A stretch of DNA of 64,000 nt from Hypanus sabinus. Taxonomy: Eukaryota. How positions within the stretch are numbered: position 1 is the first letter of the stretch; every line of letters starts with the position of its first letter. A program made the translations under genes and the position numbers. The DNA lies in assembly GCF_030144855.1 (NCBI RefSeq), contig NC_082728.1:21824001-21888000 (forward strand), in the 5' to 3' direction. Under the pieces are notes generated by a model that was given only the letters and a program-made list of their open reading frames with translations, searched no databases and was not told the origin of the DNA. This document shows positions 12,620-25,164 of the stretch, one piece after another.

Positions 12620-12820
12620 ATGTTTGTGCCAGCAAGGCTGCCTAAAAACAATTCGGGCAGGGAGAGCATCATTTCAAATAAAGTATCCTAGAGCGATGAT
12701 CTGCCTAATGACATTTTATTTGGCATGATGGAATAAAATGTCTTTGCAATTATGCATTTGCATTTGACTCATTGGCCTTATTGTCAGTACAGGACTCCTG
12801 CTGCAATACACATAATCAGT
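12620..12820. promoter_or_regulatory. Candidate conserved non-coding element with palindrome
   Basis: TE-free. Contains the inverted repeat GACATTTTATT-N11-AATAAAATGTC (12710-12742), an octamer ATTTGCAT and an AP-1 site TGACTCA. Confidence 0.35.
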
Positions 12821-13244
12821 GGGGCGTTGGAAATGCAGCTCGAGCTGCAGGCTGTTGGAGGGTGAAGAGATCGCGATGCAGCCTAGAGACCAGACATGCA
12901 TCTGGATGATTTATTGTCTGTTGCTCCACAAGAGCTGGATGCTGAGAGAACGAAGACCTTTCCAGCTTCAGTACAGGACAACCCACAAAGCAATGTGCAT
13001 GCGGGGGTCAGTTACATGGGTGCGTCTGCAGTCCTCAAAGAGCTGAAACTTCACTGTTTAGTGTGCTCCGACAAGAGGGAATGAATTGAAATGTAGTCAG
13101 GTTTCTGGAATAGAGAGCCTCCAAAGATTGCCTTAAGCAAAAATGGGTTCCAAATAACATTATACAAACATCTTCAACCCCAATGTGGAACGGTGCATTG
13201 AGTAGAGGTGTTTATCAGGGGAGAGTCATCAAGGAGACAAGGGA

Positions 13245-14475
13245 AATGACTGATGATACTAAATTGAGTGGAAAAGCAAATAGTGCAGAAGATATGGAGA
13301 GTCTCCAGAGGAATATAGATCGGTTATGTGAGTGGGCAAGGGTCTGGCAGATGGAGTACAATGTTGGTAAATGCAAGGTCATCCACTTTGGAAGCAAAAA
13401 TGAAAGACCAGATTATTATTTAAATAGTAAAAAAATTGTAGCATGCTGCTGTGCGGAGGGACTGGGGAGTGCTTGTGCATGAATCGCAAAAAGTTGGCTT
13501 GCAGGTACAACAGGTTATTAAGAAAGCAGACAGAATATTGGCCTTCATTGCTAGAGGGATTGAATTTAAGAGCAAGGAGGTCATGCTGCAGTTGTACAGG
13601 GTACCGGTGAGGCTGCACCTGAAGTACTGCATGCAGTTCTGGTCTTCTTACTTGAGGAGGTTTTGGAGGCAGTGCAGAGGAGGCTCACCAGGTTGATTCC
13701 AGAGATGAAGGGGTCAGACTATGAAGAGAGATTGAGTTGCCTGGAACTGTACTCACTGGAATTCAGAAGAATGAGAGGAGATCTTATAGAAACATCTTCT
13801 TCTTCTTTGGCTGTCCATTGATTTCGATGTCGACTGAGGCCTGGGCAAGGTTGTATGGAAGGCTGGCAGTTGCCCAAGCTGCAAGCCTCCCCACTCCATG
13901 ACACCCATGTTGTCCAAGGGAAGGGCACTAGGCCAAGACCGCATGGCACCGGTGTCGTCGCAGAGCAATGTGTGGTTAAGTGCCTTGCTCAAGGACACAA
14001 CACGCTGCCTCACCTGAGGCTCGAACTAACGACCTTCAGATCACTAGACCAACGCCCTAACCGCTTGCCCACATGCCAACACACTATGCTATAGAAACAT
14101 ATAAAATTATGAAAGGGATAGATAAGATAGAGGCAGGAGAGTTGTTTCCACTGGTAAGTGAGACTAGAACTAGGGGACATAATCTCAAGATTCGGGGGAG
14201 TAGATTTGGGACAGAGATGAGGAGGAACTGCTTTTCCCAGAGAGTGGTGAATCTGTGGAATTTTCTGTCCAGTGAAGCAGTGGAGGCTACCTCAGTAAAT
14301 ATATTTAAGGTAAGTTTGGATAGATTTTTGCATAGTAGTGGAATTAAGGGTTATGTGGAAAAGGCAGGTAGGTGGAGATGAGTCCATGGCCAGATCAGCC
14401 ACGATCTTATTGAAAGGCGGAGCAGCCTCGACAGGCCAGATGACTACTGCTCCTATTTCTCATGTTCTTATGTAT
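13245..14475 (+). mobile_element. CR1 LINE 3' fragment (RT C-terminus + 3' UTR), interrupted by a SINE
   Basis: ORFs with DDTKL...LQRNIDRLCEWARVWQMEYNVGKCKVIHFG, GIEFKSKEVMLQLY and RTRGHNLKIRG...FSQRVVNLWN; TTCTCATGTTCTTATG tail. Confidence 0.9.
13796..14089 (-). mobile_element. tRNA-derived CORE-like SINE with (GAA)n tail
   Basis: Minus strand: A-box-like TGGGCAAGCGG, B-box-like AGTTCGAGCC, CORE-like GTGTCCTTGAGCAAGGCACTTAACC, tail GAAGAAGAAG. Perfect 11-bp TSD TATAGAAACAT (13785-13795 / 14090-14100). Confidence 0.85.
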
Positions 14476-15138
14476 GTAAAATGGAAATGTGAAGAAGTTA
14501 ATGGTCACACTGGTAATATGCTACTTACGCTCCTTTGAGGTTGCAGCTGTCACTGCACCTGGAGTCAGATTTCAGTGAGGACATCCCTTCTTGAAACGCA
14601 ACTGCCTCAGTTATTGCCGCACACTGAGGTTCAGGCTCTCTGTACGCCCTCTGCAGCTAAGAGCATTTGCTCATTGTCTCGTTCACGCCGCGCTCCTTGG
14701 GGGATGTTTGATAATGTCTGGGATGGCAATTTGTTTGTGTAGAAGGTTGAACTGCTCCTTGCAGAGTTCTGAAGCTTGAACCATCAGCAAAACACTTGAA
14801 ATGAAGCACTCAGCCAGCAGCCAACCTGTAAATGATGAATCGTCCTTTTAAATAGTGCTGAAGGCTTGTCCAGCCATACATGTTTCAGAGAGGAAGGTAA
14901 TTGGAGTGCAGAGCTGTATAATAGCTGTACACCAGATTAATGATGCACACTGTCTGAAATTCTGATCTCTGAACACCTAGAATCTGATGCCTTCATCAAC
15001 ATGGTGCATAGTGAGACTGCCACACAAAGTATGACAGTGCTCTGTAGCCGCTGTGCTGGCCTGTTAAATTACATGGCAAAGAATACTCCCAATTCTACCG
15101 TAATTTGTTCAGTCCAAGAAGAGGTGCTGATGTCTGAT

Positions 15139-15392
15139 GGATGACATGGTAGCGTAGTGGTGAGCTCAATGCTTTACTCTACGGGTGATTCGCCACTGCC
15201 TGGAAGGAGCCTGCATGTTCTTCCTTTGACTGGGTGGGTTTCCTCCCGGTGCTCCTATTTCCTCCCACAGGCCGAAGACGCGCCGGTTGTTAGGTTGCTG
15301 GGTCATTGCAAATTGTTCCATGACTAGGCTCGGGTGGCGCGGCTCGAAGGGCTGGAAGGGCCTTTTTTTGCCCTGCACCTCAATAAATAAAA
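15139..15392 (+). mobile_element. V-SINE/HE1-like tRNA-derived SINE
   Basis: GGTAGCGTAGTGG head; V-domain GGGTTTCCTCCCGGTGCTCCTATTTCCTCCCACA; AATAAATAAAA tail. Confidence 0.75.
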
Positions 15393-16364
15393 TTTTTAGA
15401 TATCTCATCGGTGATGGTGGAAATGCTGAGGGACAGCAGCTAAAAATGAATTAAATATGTACATTGCAGCAACAAAAAAATTCAAGGAAACCACAAGTGC
15501 TGAAAATATGAAACAAATCCGAGAATACTGGGAACACTTGCAGGTTGGTCAGCCTTCTCAGAAAGAGAAACAAAGACAATCCACCAAGTCTTTGTTCAAA
15601 GGAAGAAATTTTGACTTGTTTCTCTTTTAATTGATGTTTCGCCTGACCTGCCTGTTGATTCCAACAGGTTAATTGTCCATTTTTGTAAAGAAATAAACTT
15701 TCTCTTCCATTACAACTGGTAAATTAAATTCTTCCCTGCTTATATCAGCTGCTGTCAGATGCAAACTTGGCTGGGGTTTGGAAAAAAAAATAAACTATAT
15801 GAAGTTTTTTTTTTGCGATCTAATTCACCAGTCTAAATTTAGGCGACCTAGAACAAGTTGCTTGCTGTATAGCAGTTTTGCGAAACTGCCAACATATTTA
15901 ATGCGAGAATTGTCACACCTGGAGAAAAATAAAGAAAATGGCAAGTGTTAACAGGAAAGACCTCTTTGATCTGTTGAATTTTTTTTCAGTGAAACTCTTT
16001 CTACTATAATTTATTTGAATACACTATATATTTTTAAGAAGCAGCACTTCAATGTGATTGACTTCTGTTAACTCTCTGCCAAATTGTACTGTATATTCTA
16101 ACTCTTGCTTTCATTTATTAAGAGGATTACATTCACTTCATATGCTACTGTGCACTTTTTGGGATTGCCTGATGAATTCTTGGCTTACAACCCAAATAAA
16201 TCAATCTGAATTCAAGGCATTCAATAGCAGTAACGTGTTGTGTAGGAGTTACTAAAGGAGACTGTTCTGACTAAAGTAGAACAGTTCTGGTCGTTTATCT
16301 ACAGGAAAGTTATGAATAAGATAGAAACAGTACTGGGAAAATTTTACCAGCCATAGTGGACAGT

Positions 16365-17155
16365 AAGGAAGTTTGCAATGGGATCTGGATAAGCTGGAAA
16401 AATAGGCTGAAAAACAGAAGATGGAAATTAATGCAGACAAGTGTGAGGTATTGCACTTTGGGAGGACTTCCATAGCAAAAAAAAGGACACTGATGACTGG
16501 AGTGGAAGTGAGGGATTTGGAAAAATAGATACATACGTAATTCCTCAGAAGTAGCGTCGCAGTTGGAAACGTAGATCATAAAGAGATCTTTTGGCACATT
16601 GGCTTTCAAAAATCTAAAGTACAGGTGTTGGGATGTTATGCAGAAAGTTTTATAGGATGTTGGTGAAGCCTGAGTGGATTATTGTGTGCAGTTCTGGTCA
16701 CCTACCAATATCTCAATATGATTAGAAGAGTACAGAGAAGATTTACAAGGATGTTGCTGGGAATTGAGGACCTGAGTTACAGGGAATGGTTGGATTGGTT
16801 AGGACTTTATTCTATGCAGAGCAGGGGAATGAACGGAGATTTGGAAGACGTATACAAAGTTATGAGAAGTAAAGAGCTCAGCTGACACTAGAACTAGAGG
16901 TCATAGTTAAGTGTGAAAGGTGAAATGCTTAAGGGGGAACATCTTCAATCAGAGTGTGGAACAAGCTACCAATGGAAGTGGTGAAGATGGGTTTGATTTC
17001 AACATTTAAGAGAAGTTCGGATAAGTATGTGAGTGAGAGTGGCATGCAGGACTAACGTCTAGGTGCAGGTCGATGGGACAAGACAGAATACTGGTTCAAC
17101 ACAGACTAGATGGGCTGAATGGCCTGTTTCTGTGCTGTAGTCGTGCTCTATGACT
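16365..17155 (+). mobile_element. Degenerate CR1 LINE 3' fragment
   Basis: RVQRRFTRMLLG ORF; ends GGGCTGAATGGCCTGTTTCTGTGCTGTAG...CTCTATGACTC. Confidence 0.8.
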
Positions 17156-17734
17156 CATTTTTCTGTGAAATACTTATGCTTGACATGAAGTTCCATCAAC
17201 TGCAAATGACATTGGCTACTCTCCAAGAGCAAATTCTTGGAAACCTAAGCTCAATGTAGAAAATCCCGAAATACTCAGCAGGTTAGTCAATATCTAGAGG
17301 TAGAGAGCAAGTTTCTTTTCCAAAAATGTATTTACGGGATGTAAACATTGTTGGCAAAGCCAGCATTTATTGTCTGTGAATTGAATGGCTTGCTAAATCA
17401 TTTCAGAAGGACAATACAATATCCAAAGGATATTAGTCAATCAGATAGGTCATACCAATAATTCAGTAGTTCCATGGTCACTATTTCTGATGACATCTAT
17501 ATTAGATGACATAATTAATTTAATTTCCTTAGCGTTTGTAATTGAATTCACTGAAGGCTCAGAATTATCAGAATAGGCATCTGAATGATTAGTAACTTAT
17601 TTATTGTACTTGTATCTGGCAACCTAGTCACTATACTAGTAAAACCAGCATTTTAGCTCAACAGACTATCATCTAAAACCAGTATGTTTCCTTACGAAAG
17701 TAATTAATGCTTTTAGCATTTATCAGATATCATT

Positions 17735-18708
17735 TAGAACATAGAACATAGAACAGTACAGCACATTACAGGCTCTTCGGCCCACAATGTTGTGCCGACT
17801 CTCAAACCCTGCCTCCCATATAACCCCCCACCTTAAATTCCTTCATATACCTGTCTAGTAGTCTCTTAAACTTCACTAGTGTATCTGCCTCCACCACTGA
17901 CTCAGGCAGTGCATTCCATGCACCAACCACTCTCTGAGTAAAAACCCTTCCTCTAATATCCCTCTTGAACTTCCCTCCCCTTACCTTAAAGCCATGTCCT
18001 CTTGTACTGAGCAGTGGTGCCCTGGGGAAGAGGCGCTGGCTGTCCACTCTGTCTATTCCTCTTAATATCTTATACACCTCTATCATGTCTCCTCTCATCC
18101 TCCTTCTCTCCAAAGAGTAAAGCCCTAGCTCCCTTAATCTCTGATCGTAATCCATACTCTCTAAACCAGGCAGCATCCTGGTAAATCTCCTCTGTACCTT
18201 TTCCAATGCTTCCACATCCTTCCTATAGTGAGGCGACCAGAACTGGACACAGATCTCCAAGTGTGGCCTAACCAGAGTTTTATAGAGCTGCATCACAACA
18301 TCGCATCTCTTAAACTCTATCCCTCGACTTATGAAAGCTAACACCCCATAAGCTTTCTTAACTACCCTATCTACCTGTGAGGCAACTTTCAGGGATCTGT
18401 GGACATGTACCCCCAGATCCCTCTGCTCCTCCACACTACCAAGTATCCTGCCATTTACTTTGTACTCTGCCTTGGAGTTTGTACCACCTCACACTTCTCC
18501 GGGTTGAACTCCATCTGCCACTTCTCAGCCCACTTCTGCATCCTATCAATGTCTCTCTGAAATCTTTGACAATCCTCAACACTATCTACAACACCACCAA
18601 CCTTTGTATCGTCTGCAAACTTGCCAACCCACCCTTCTACCCCCATATCCAGGTCGTTAATAAAAATCACAAAAAGTAGAGGTCCCAGAACAGATCCTTG
18701 TGGGACAC
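17735..18708 (-). mobile_element. Relatively young 5'-truncated CR1 LINE
   Basis: ORFs GVPQGSVLGPLLFVIFINDL...KFADDTK and a 210-aa EQRDLGVHVH...FWSPHYRKDVEALEKVQRRFTRM; (TTCTATG)n tail. Confidence 0.92.
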
Positions 18709-18834
18709 CCCACAAGGATGTCAAAAAACTACTTTTTGAAGTAGATTTTTCCTATTTGGATTACAATCTGCTTTAATAAAAGATTTTTGAAAAAAAAATC
18801 ATTCTCCCTCTGCTTACCAGCAAATTTTGTTTAG

Positions 18835-19320
18835 TATTCTCCTGGTATGCAGGCTCCAATGCACAGGATGAGAAAAAGCTGCAGAGGTTCGTGGACTTTG
18901 CCAGCTCTGTCAACAGCACTAGCCTCCCCACCTCTGAGAGCATCTTCAAAATGTGGCACCTTCCATCGTTAAGAGCCCTCACCATCTGGGCCATAACCTC
19001 TTCTCTTTACTGCCATGTGGGAGGAGGTATAGGAGCCTGAGGACACATAATTGCCATTTTAGGAAAATATATCATAGGGCAGTGCAGACAGTTACAGGCC
19101 CTTTGGCCCACAATGTTGTGCAGACCTTTTAACTTGTAACTCCGTCTGTCATCAGATTTATGAACAATGCATGAACTCAATGAACACTACCTCACTATCT
19201 GGCTCCTTGTTATTGTAGTTTACGGTAAGTTTTCTGTATTGCGCCATACTGCTGCTGCAAAACAACAAATTTCACGTTATACGTCAGTGATAATGAATGT
19301 GTTTTTATTCTGATCCTTCA
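18835..19320 (+). mobile_element. Rex1/Babar 3' fragment with a short CR1 tail inserted (~19065-19135)
   Basis: AQDEKKLQR..., GGGAGGAGGTATAGGAGCCTGAGGAC (GRRYRSL), TTCTGAT tail. Confidence 0.65.
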
Positions 19321-19664
19321 TAATGTAGCTGATTGAAGGAGAGACCAGGTTATGTGTTTGCTGTGGGTTACTATGTGGAACTGAGCAGAGAGGACACAAA
19401 GCTTGGTTGTTGAAAAGGCTTGTAGAACTGATGCCTTCAATTTCAGCTACCTTGAGATAGTGTTATAGACAAAGTGATTGCTGCCCATTGATAAATCCTG
19501 TGAAATTTACAATAATGGCTGCCAGACAAAGGGCATGAACGAACTTTCTCAATGCTGCAATTCATTTGACCAGCTGAGGAAAAAAGATGTTTGAAGGTCA
19601 AAACTTCTCGTGACTTTCTGTATGTTTCAGGGACCTACAGCTTCAAAACACTGGAGAGAATGCC

Positions 19665-20360
19665 ACTAACTGCCAACACAGATGCCCTGTGCAGGAAAGC
19701 ACAGAGTCGACTGTACTTCCTCAGAAGGCTGGCATCATTCAATGTTTGTAGTGAGATGCTGAAGATGTTCTATCGGTCAGTTGTGGAGAGCGCCCTCTTC
19801 TTTGTGGTGGCGTGCTGGGGAGGCAGCATTAAGAAGAGGGACGCCTCACATCTTAATAAGCTGGTAAGGAAGGCGGGCTCTGTCGTGGGCACAGAACTGG
19901 AGAGTATGACATCGGTGGCGGAGTGGAGGGCGCTGAGTAGGCTACGGTCAATCATGGAAAACCCTGAACATCTTCTGCACAGCACCATCCAGAGACAGAG
20001 AAGCAGCTTCAGCGGCAGGTTGCTGTCAATGCAATGCTCCTCAGACAGGATGAAGAGATCATTACTCCCCAACGCCATTCGGCTCTACAATTCAACCACT
20101 GGGGCAAGACATGTTAAAGTGCTGGGGTTAGAACTGAACTTAAGTTACCACTCAATGCACTTTAGTAAACTATTTAAGAACTTTTTAAAAGCTATTTATT
20201 AATGCTTTTTGGGAGGGTGATTTTATATTTATATATTATTTATTTTCATATTTATACTGAGTTAAATACTGTATGTAATTAGTTTTGCTACAATAAGTGT
20301 ATGGGACACTGGAAAAATGTTGAATTTCCCCTTGGGGATGAATAAAGTATCTATCTATCT
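19665..20360 (+). mobile_element. Rex1/Babar LINE 3' fragment with open RT C-terminal frame
   Basis: KAQSRLYFLRRL...MFYRSVVES...WGG...NAIRLYN; tail AATTTCCCCTTGGGGATGAATAAAGTATCTATCTATCT. Confidence 0.85.
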
Positions 20361-21299
20361 AACTCTGTCCAGACCTCTAGCAGGATAAGTGTACCAACAA
20401 CTGTGTGTTTCTTCCAGAACTGCATTCCCAGTGTCAAGCCTTTAATTACTTTGGCAGCTTTAATGAGCAGGTACAACATCAGATTCCTCAAACTCTACTC
20501 TAAGCTCTGTTGGTGCAAGAAATTGCCAACAAGATAAAGGAAATAATCTGAATATGTAATTAAAGCCTTTTTTGAAAAAAAAGGTGGCGTCTTTTGTGAC
20601 TTCTGGGAATTCGAGCTGTGAATAATCAAATGAAGATAGGGCATCCAGTTAGGATCGAGACCCTTGAACCTTCTTATCAGAGTAATAGAACCCACAGAAA
20701 ATGGCAGAACAGCTCCATTATCTATATTCTCAATACCTTGCTGCGGATCCCACTTTAGCCTAATCACCTGCCTCAGAAACTACAGAAAAGGAATGGCCCT
20801 AAGAGATGGCTTAATAATGGAAAGACAGAAGATCATTAAATTGTCGTGTTGTCCACTGAGATTTTGTCACTGCTGCAGTGTGTTGGCCTGGAGAGAAAAG
20901 GCAACCTGATTTCAGCTTAAAACCACCCCATCAGGACAAGATAGATGAACTGAAATAGTTACAAAAGTTGCTGAATGACTTCTAGGAAGAGATTGCTGAG
21001 TAATGGAAACAAAAGTGCCATCTCTGGCAAAGAGACAGCTCTGTGGACAAGAGTAAAATGTTGATATAAGCAGGAGGAGGACTATCAATGACAAAAATAC
21101 ATAATGCTGACCTTAGAGGCACAAAATATACAAAGAGGAGTCGGAGAGAATGAAAACAACATTTCAGTGTTATAATTTCATGCAACTGGGAAAAACGTGG
21201 TGGAATTGTTTTCACATCTTAGTAATTATGATTACATTATTAATGTATGTATTAGAAGTTTGAAAAAAAATGAGATTATGAGACAGCTAAACAGTCAAG

Positions 21300-23250
21300 C
21301 TGCAGTATTCAGGCAACACATGCAAATGTGAACACTCCGAGGCCAAGTTCTGAGCCATCATCAACCTATTCACTGAAGTGCATGAGGGAATGGATCTTAT
21401 ACTCAACATCCACACTTGATGACCCTCTACCAACTGTGGCTCTCCAACAACAAGAGCTTTACAGTGAAACGCCAGGAAACGTGAACCACTTCCTTCATCT
21501 CGAGAGCTAACTCACAACAAGGGCAGGCATCAATGATAAGCATCACCACTTCCTCCAATGCTCTAGAACAGTCTCGGAAAAGGTATTTAAAGATCAAGAT
21601 CACACATCTGGCATGAAGCTCTTCTTCCTATAAGGTGAAATGTAACAGCATAAGTGATGCTTCCCCTCCGATGAGCTAAACACCTTTTATATATGCTTTG
21701 AAAGGGGAATAAAGCTGCCTACAGCACCCAGCAACCCTGTGATCTCTGTCTTAGAGGCTGAAGTCAGAACATCCTTGCAAAACCTCACAAGGTGTCAGGC
21801 GCTAATAGTCTACCTGGCCGCGCAGTGAAAATCTGTGTTGACCAATTCTTGGACTGCTTAAGGATATCCTCAGCCTCTCAGTGCCGTGCTCCGAGGCTCC
21901 CACTTGCTTCAGAAGAGCAGCAATCATACCAGTGCCCAAGAAGAGCAGGGTGAGCTGCCTCAATGACTATCGGTGGCTCTCACATCTACTGTGATGAGAT
22001 GCTTTGAGAGTAGTTCATGGCTAGAATCAACTCAAAGTGGGCCTGTACCCACAGTAATTCGCTTACCATTACAGCAGACATAGCCTCACAGGTTCTCCAC
22101 TCTGCATTGGAGGACCTAGGCATGGGCAAAACATCAGGCTGCTACTAATTGATTACAGATTGGCATTCAATACCATAATCCCCTTGGTATTAATCACCAA
22201 TCTTCTAATCCTGGATATCTGCATCCTCGATTTCCTCATCAGAGACCACCATCAGCACAGATCAGTGATAATATTTTCTCCTCACTGACAACCAACACAG
22301 CTGCACCTCAAGGACGTGAGCTTAGCGAACTCTACACTCAGGACTGTATGGCTGAGCAAAGCTCGGATGTCACCTATAAATTTGGAGATGGCACCACTGT
22401 TGCTGGCAAAACCTCAGATGGTGCCAAGGAGGCATATAGAAGCCAGATAGATCTGCAGGTTGAATGGTGTCACAGCAACAAAATTGCACTCAACATCAGA
22501 AAGACCAAGGAATTGATGGTGCACTTCAGGAATGGGAAGAATGGAGAACACACACACCACTTCTCATTAAAGGGATGAATGAGCAGCTTCAAGTGCCTGG
22601 ATGTCGGCTCCTTGGAGGAGCTGTCCTGGGCAGTGGGGTAGCAGTAACCACTGCTCTTCTGCAGTGTGTCTACAGTATAAGGCTTACACGTCCTGGAGCA
22701 ACATCTCAAAGCACTGGAAAGATACTACAAAACCCTTCAAATTCAATGGAAGGGAAACATCACATCATTACTAACATAAATACAAACTTTGTACTTCTTT
22801 TCCAAGCACAACTCTGTTGGCCATAGCTTGTGGACCACATGGCTCGCAAATCCAACACCAGATTCCCAAACCAGGCAGTCTGGCATGGAATCTGCCTCAG
22901 ATTACCAGGTGGACAGTGGAAAGATTCCGGGATGGGCCCAAAACCTCACTGAAGAACTGCTGAAGCCTCACTGATTCCAACGAGTTTCTGGTCCACGGCT
23001 GATCAAAATGGAGAAGATTTGGGGTGGTGTTGTGAAACTAGAGTCCACGCAACACAGAATGCCTGTGTAAATGGTGGACGGAGAGGACCACTACATAAAC
23101 CAGCCCTTGCCCCCTCATTAGGCACCTCCTGCCCCACCTGTGGAAGAGTCCACAGTAAACATGTTGACCTCATTGGTCTCCTCAGAACTGAGAGAAATGG
23201 ACTGGAAGCAGATCACCCTTGACCCTGAGGCACAGCTGAAGAAGAAAGTT
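21300..23250 (+). mobile_element. Degenerate RTE LINE 3' part, split by a Rex1 insertion
   Basis: NVNHFLHLES (RTE V..F.YLGS), HLKALE, terminal CPTCGR zinc-finger-like motif and a GAAGAAGAA tail. Confidence 0.65.
21636..22635 (+). mobile_element. Rex1/Babar LINE internal RT fragment nested in RTE
   Basis: PVPKK, LNDYR, KFGDGTT and WCHSNKIALNIRKTKELMVHFR motifs. Confidence 0.75.
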
Positions 23251-23588
23251 ATTTCTAGGGATTTGTTTCTAGAGATAAACAATTAGAGTTACAGCATCAG
23301 CTAAAGAAATTCCCATTTGAAAATTACATCGGAACTCTCAGAAACTGGGTAATTTTTAAAAGTTCCAAGTTAAAACTTGAAGGAGGAGTCCTATCACAAG
23401 GGCTTTCTCTGAAACAGCTCATTCAATTGTGTGGTTAACCTCTAAATATCACATCTTTTTGAAAGCTTAAAGAACTATCAGGAAGAAGGGAATAATAATG
23501 TTGCCAATTCCCCAATAAAAATGTATTAAAGGCAGCAAAACACTCTGTGAAAGTCAAGAGATCCTGCCTTTTGATGAAGAGATACCTG

Positions 23589-23845
23589 GGATAGCATGGT
23601 AGCATGGTGGTTCATGTAAAGCTATTACAGTGCCATTAAACCTGGTTCAATTCCCACCACTGTCTCTGAGGAGTTTGTTCCTTCTCCCTGTGCCCTCCAG
23701 ATACTCTGGTTTACTCCCACATTCCAATGACTTTCAAGTTAGTACATTGATTGGTCACGTAGGTGTATTTGGGCAGAGTGGGCTCATTGGGCTTTAAAGG
23801 TCTGTTACCATACTGTTTCTCTAAGTAATAAAGTAATAAATAATA
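23589..23845 (+). mobile_element. V-SINE/HE1-like SINE
   Basis: GGTAGCATGGTGGTT head, GGTTCAATTCC B-box, V-domain remnant, TAATAAA tail. Confidence 0.7.
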
Positions 23846-23969
23846 TTGGTTACAAAACTGAGTTTCAATATGATCATTTCTAATATATGGAATAAGTGGG
23901 GACTGAATAAGTCACTGAAATATTGTCAATTACAACTTTGAAAAGATTGGAAGAGATTAATAGAATAAT

Positions 23970-24186
23970 GAAGAAGAAGAAGAAAGCCTTTAACTCTGAG
24001 TGGAGTCATCGGGACACCATTGTAACAGTGTTTTTTTTAGCAGGCTTTCTTATTTTTACGAGGCTGAGTTGCTAGCTCGACGCTCAACCCAGCACGGATG
24101 GAAAGCGTGCAAGGGGGCCGGCTGGATTCGAACTCCAGAGCCTTCGCTCCGAAGTCCGGTGCTGATGCCACTATGCCAACGGCCCG
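23970..24186 (-). mobile_element. tRNA-derived SINE with (TTC)n tail
   Basis: Minus strand: A-box TGGCATAGTGG, B-box AGTTCGAATCC, ends CTTTCTTCTTCTTCTTC. Flanks TTAATAGAATAAT / TTAATAGCAGAATAAT form an imperfect TSD. Confidence 0.75.
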
Positions 24187-24306
24187 TTAATAGCAGAATA
24201 ATTCCCATTATTTTGTAGGCCAAATATTATGATGTGAGTACAAAGTCTTTGGTTGCATATTGTTGGGTTCATTTCACACATATGATGCTAAGAGAAGAGG
24301 AACATA

Positions 24307-24854
24307 CACATTCATTTATTAGGCACTCTGGTACCTAATAAAGTGGTCACTGAGTGTATGTTCTTGGTCTTTTGCTGATGTAGCCAACCACTTCAAAGTT
24401 TGACATGTTGTTCATTCAGAGATGCCCGTCTGCACAGCACTCTCATAAAGCATGGTTTCTTGAGTTACTGTCACCTTCTTATCAACTTGAATCTGTTTGG
24501 CCATTCTCCTCTGACCTCTCTCATTTTTGTCCACAGAACTACGAATCACTGGATATTATTTTACTTTTTTAAACACCGTTCCCTGTAAACTGTAGAGAAT
24601 GTTGTTCATGAAAAATCACAGTTTCTGAGATACTCAAACCACCCTGTAAGGCAAACCAATCATTCCACAGTCCAAGTCACTTAGATCTCATTTTTTCCCG
24701 ATTCTTTTGAAAATAAATCTGGTATGATGTTCGGTCTGAACAACTGAACCTCTTGACCATGTCTGCATTGAGTTGCTTGTGCATGATTGGCTGATTAGAC
24801 ATTAGCACTAACAAACTGGGGTACCGGTACACCTAATAAAGTGGCCACTGACTG
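24307..24854. mobile_element. Non-autonomous Tc1/mariner-type element
   Basis: Terminal CCTAATAAAGTGGCCACTGA TIR; body homologous to 54327-54791. Confidence 0.7.
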
Positions 24855-25164
24855 TTGGTACTTGATTATATTACGACCGATGCGGAGATGATAGTGTTCA
24901 GAGGCATGGCATAAATTGAGACTTATTAAAGGTTAAGTTCAAGAACAGCTATTGAGGAAAGCAAGACTTTGTGTGAGCTCTGCTTTGTGGTCATGTAAAT
25001 AACAAGGGAGTTATCATGGGGACTTTCGAAAAGAAATCTGAAAATATTTGTTGGTGTTAACTGGAAATGGAGCAGGAAAATCCAATGCAACTGAATGTAC
25101 TTTACTTCTATTAGCTGGTTTCTGCTTTTGAAAAGGAATTGAACACAAAGATTCCAGAATCACC

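Noticed and set aside
24110-24186. Possible tRNA gene (also 14010-14085)
   Set aside because: The A/B boxes belong to SINE heads that continue into SINE bodies with TSDs; no complete cloverleaf.
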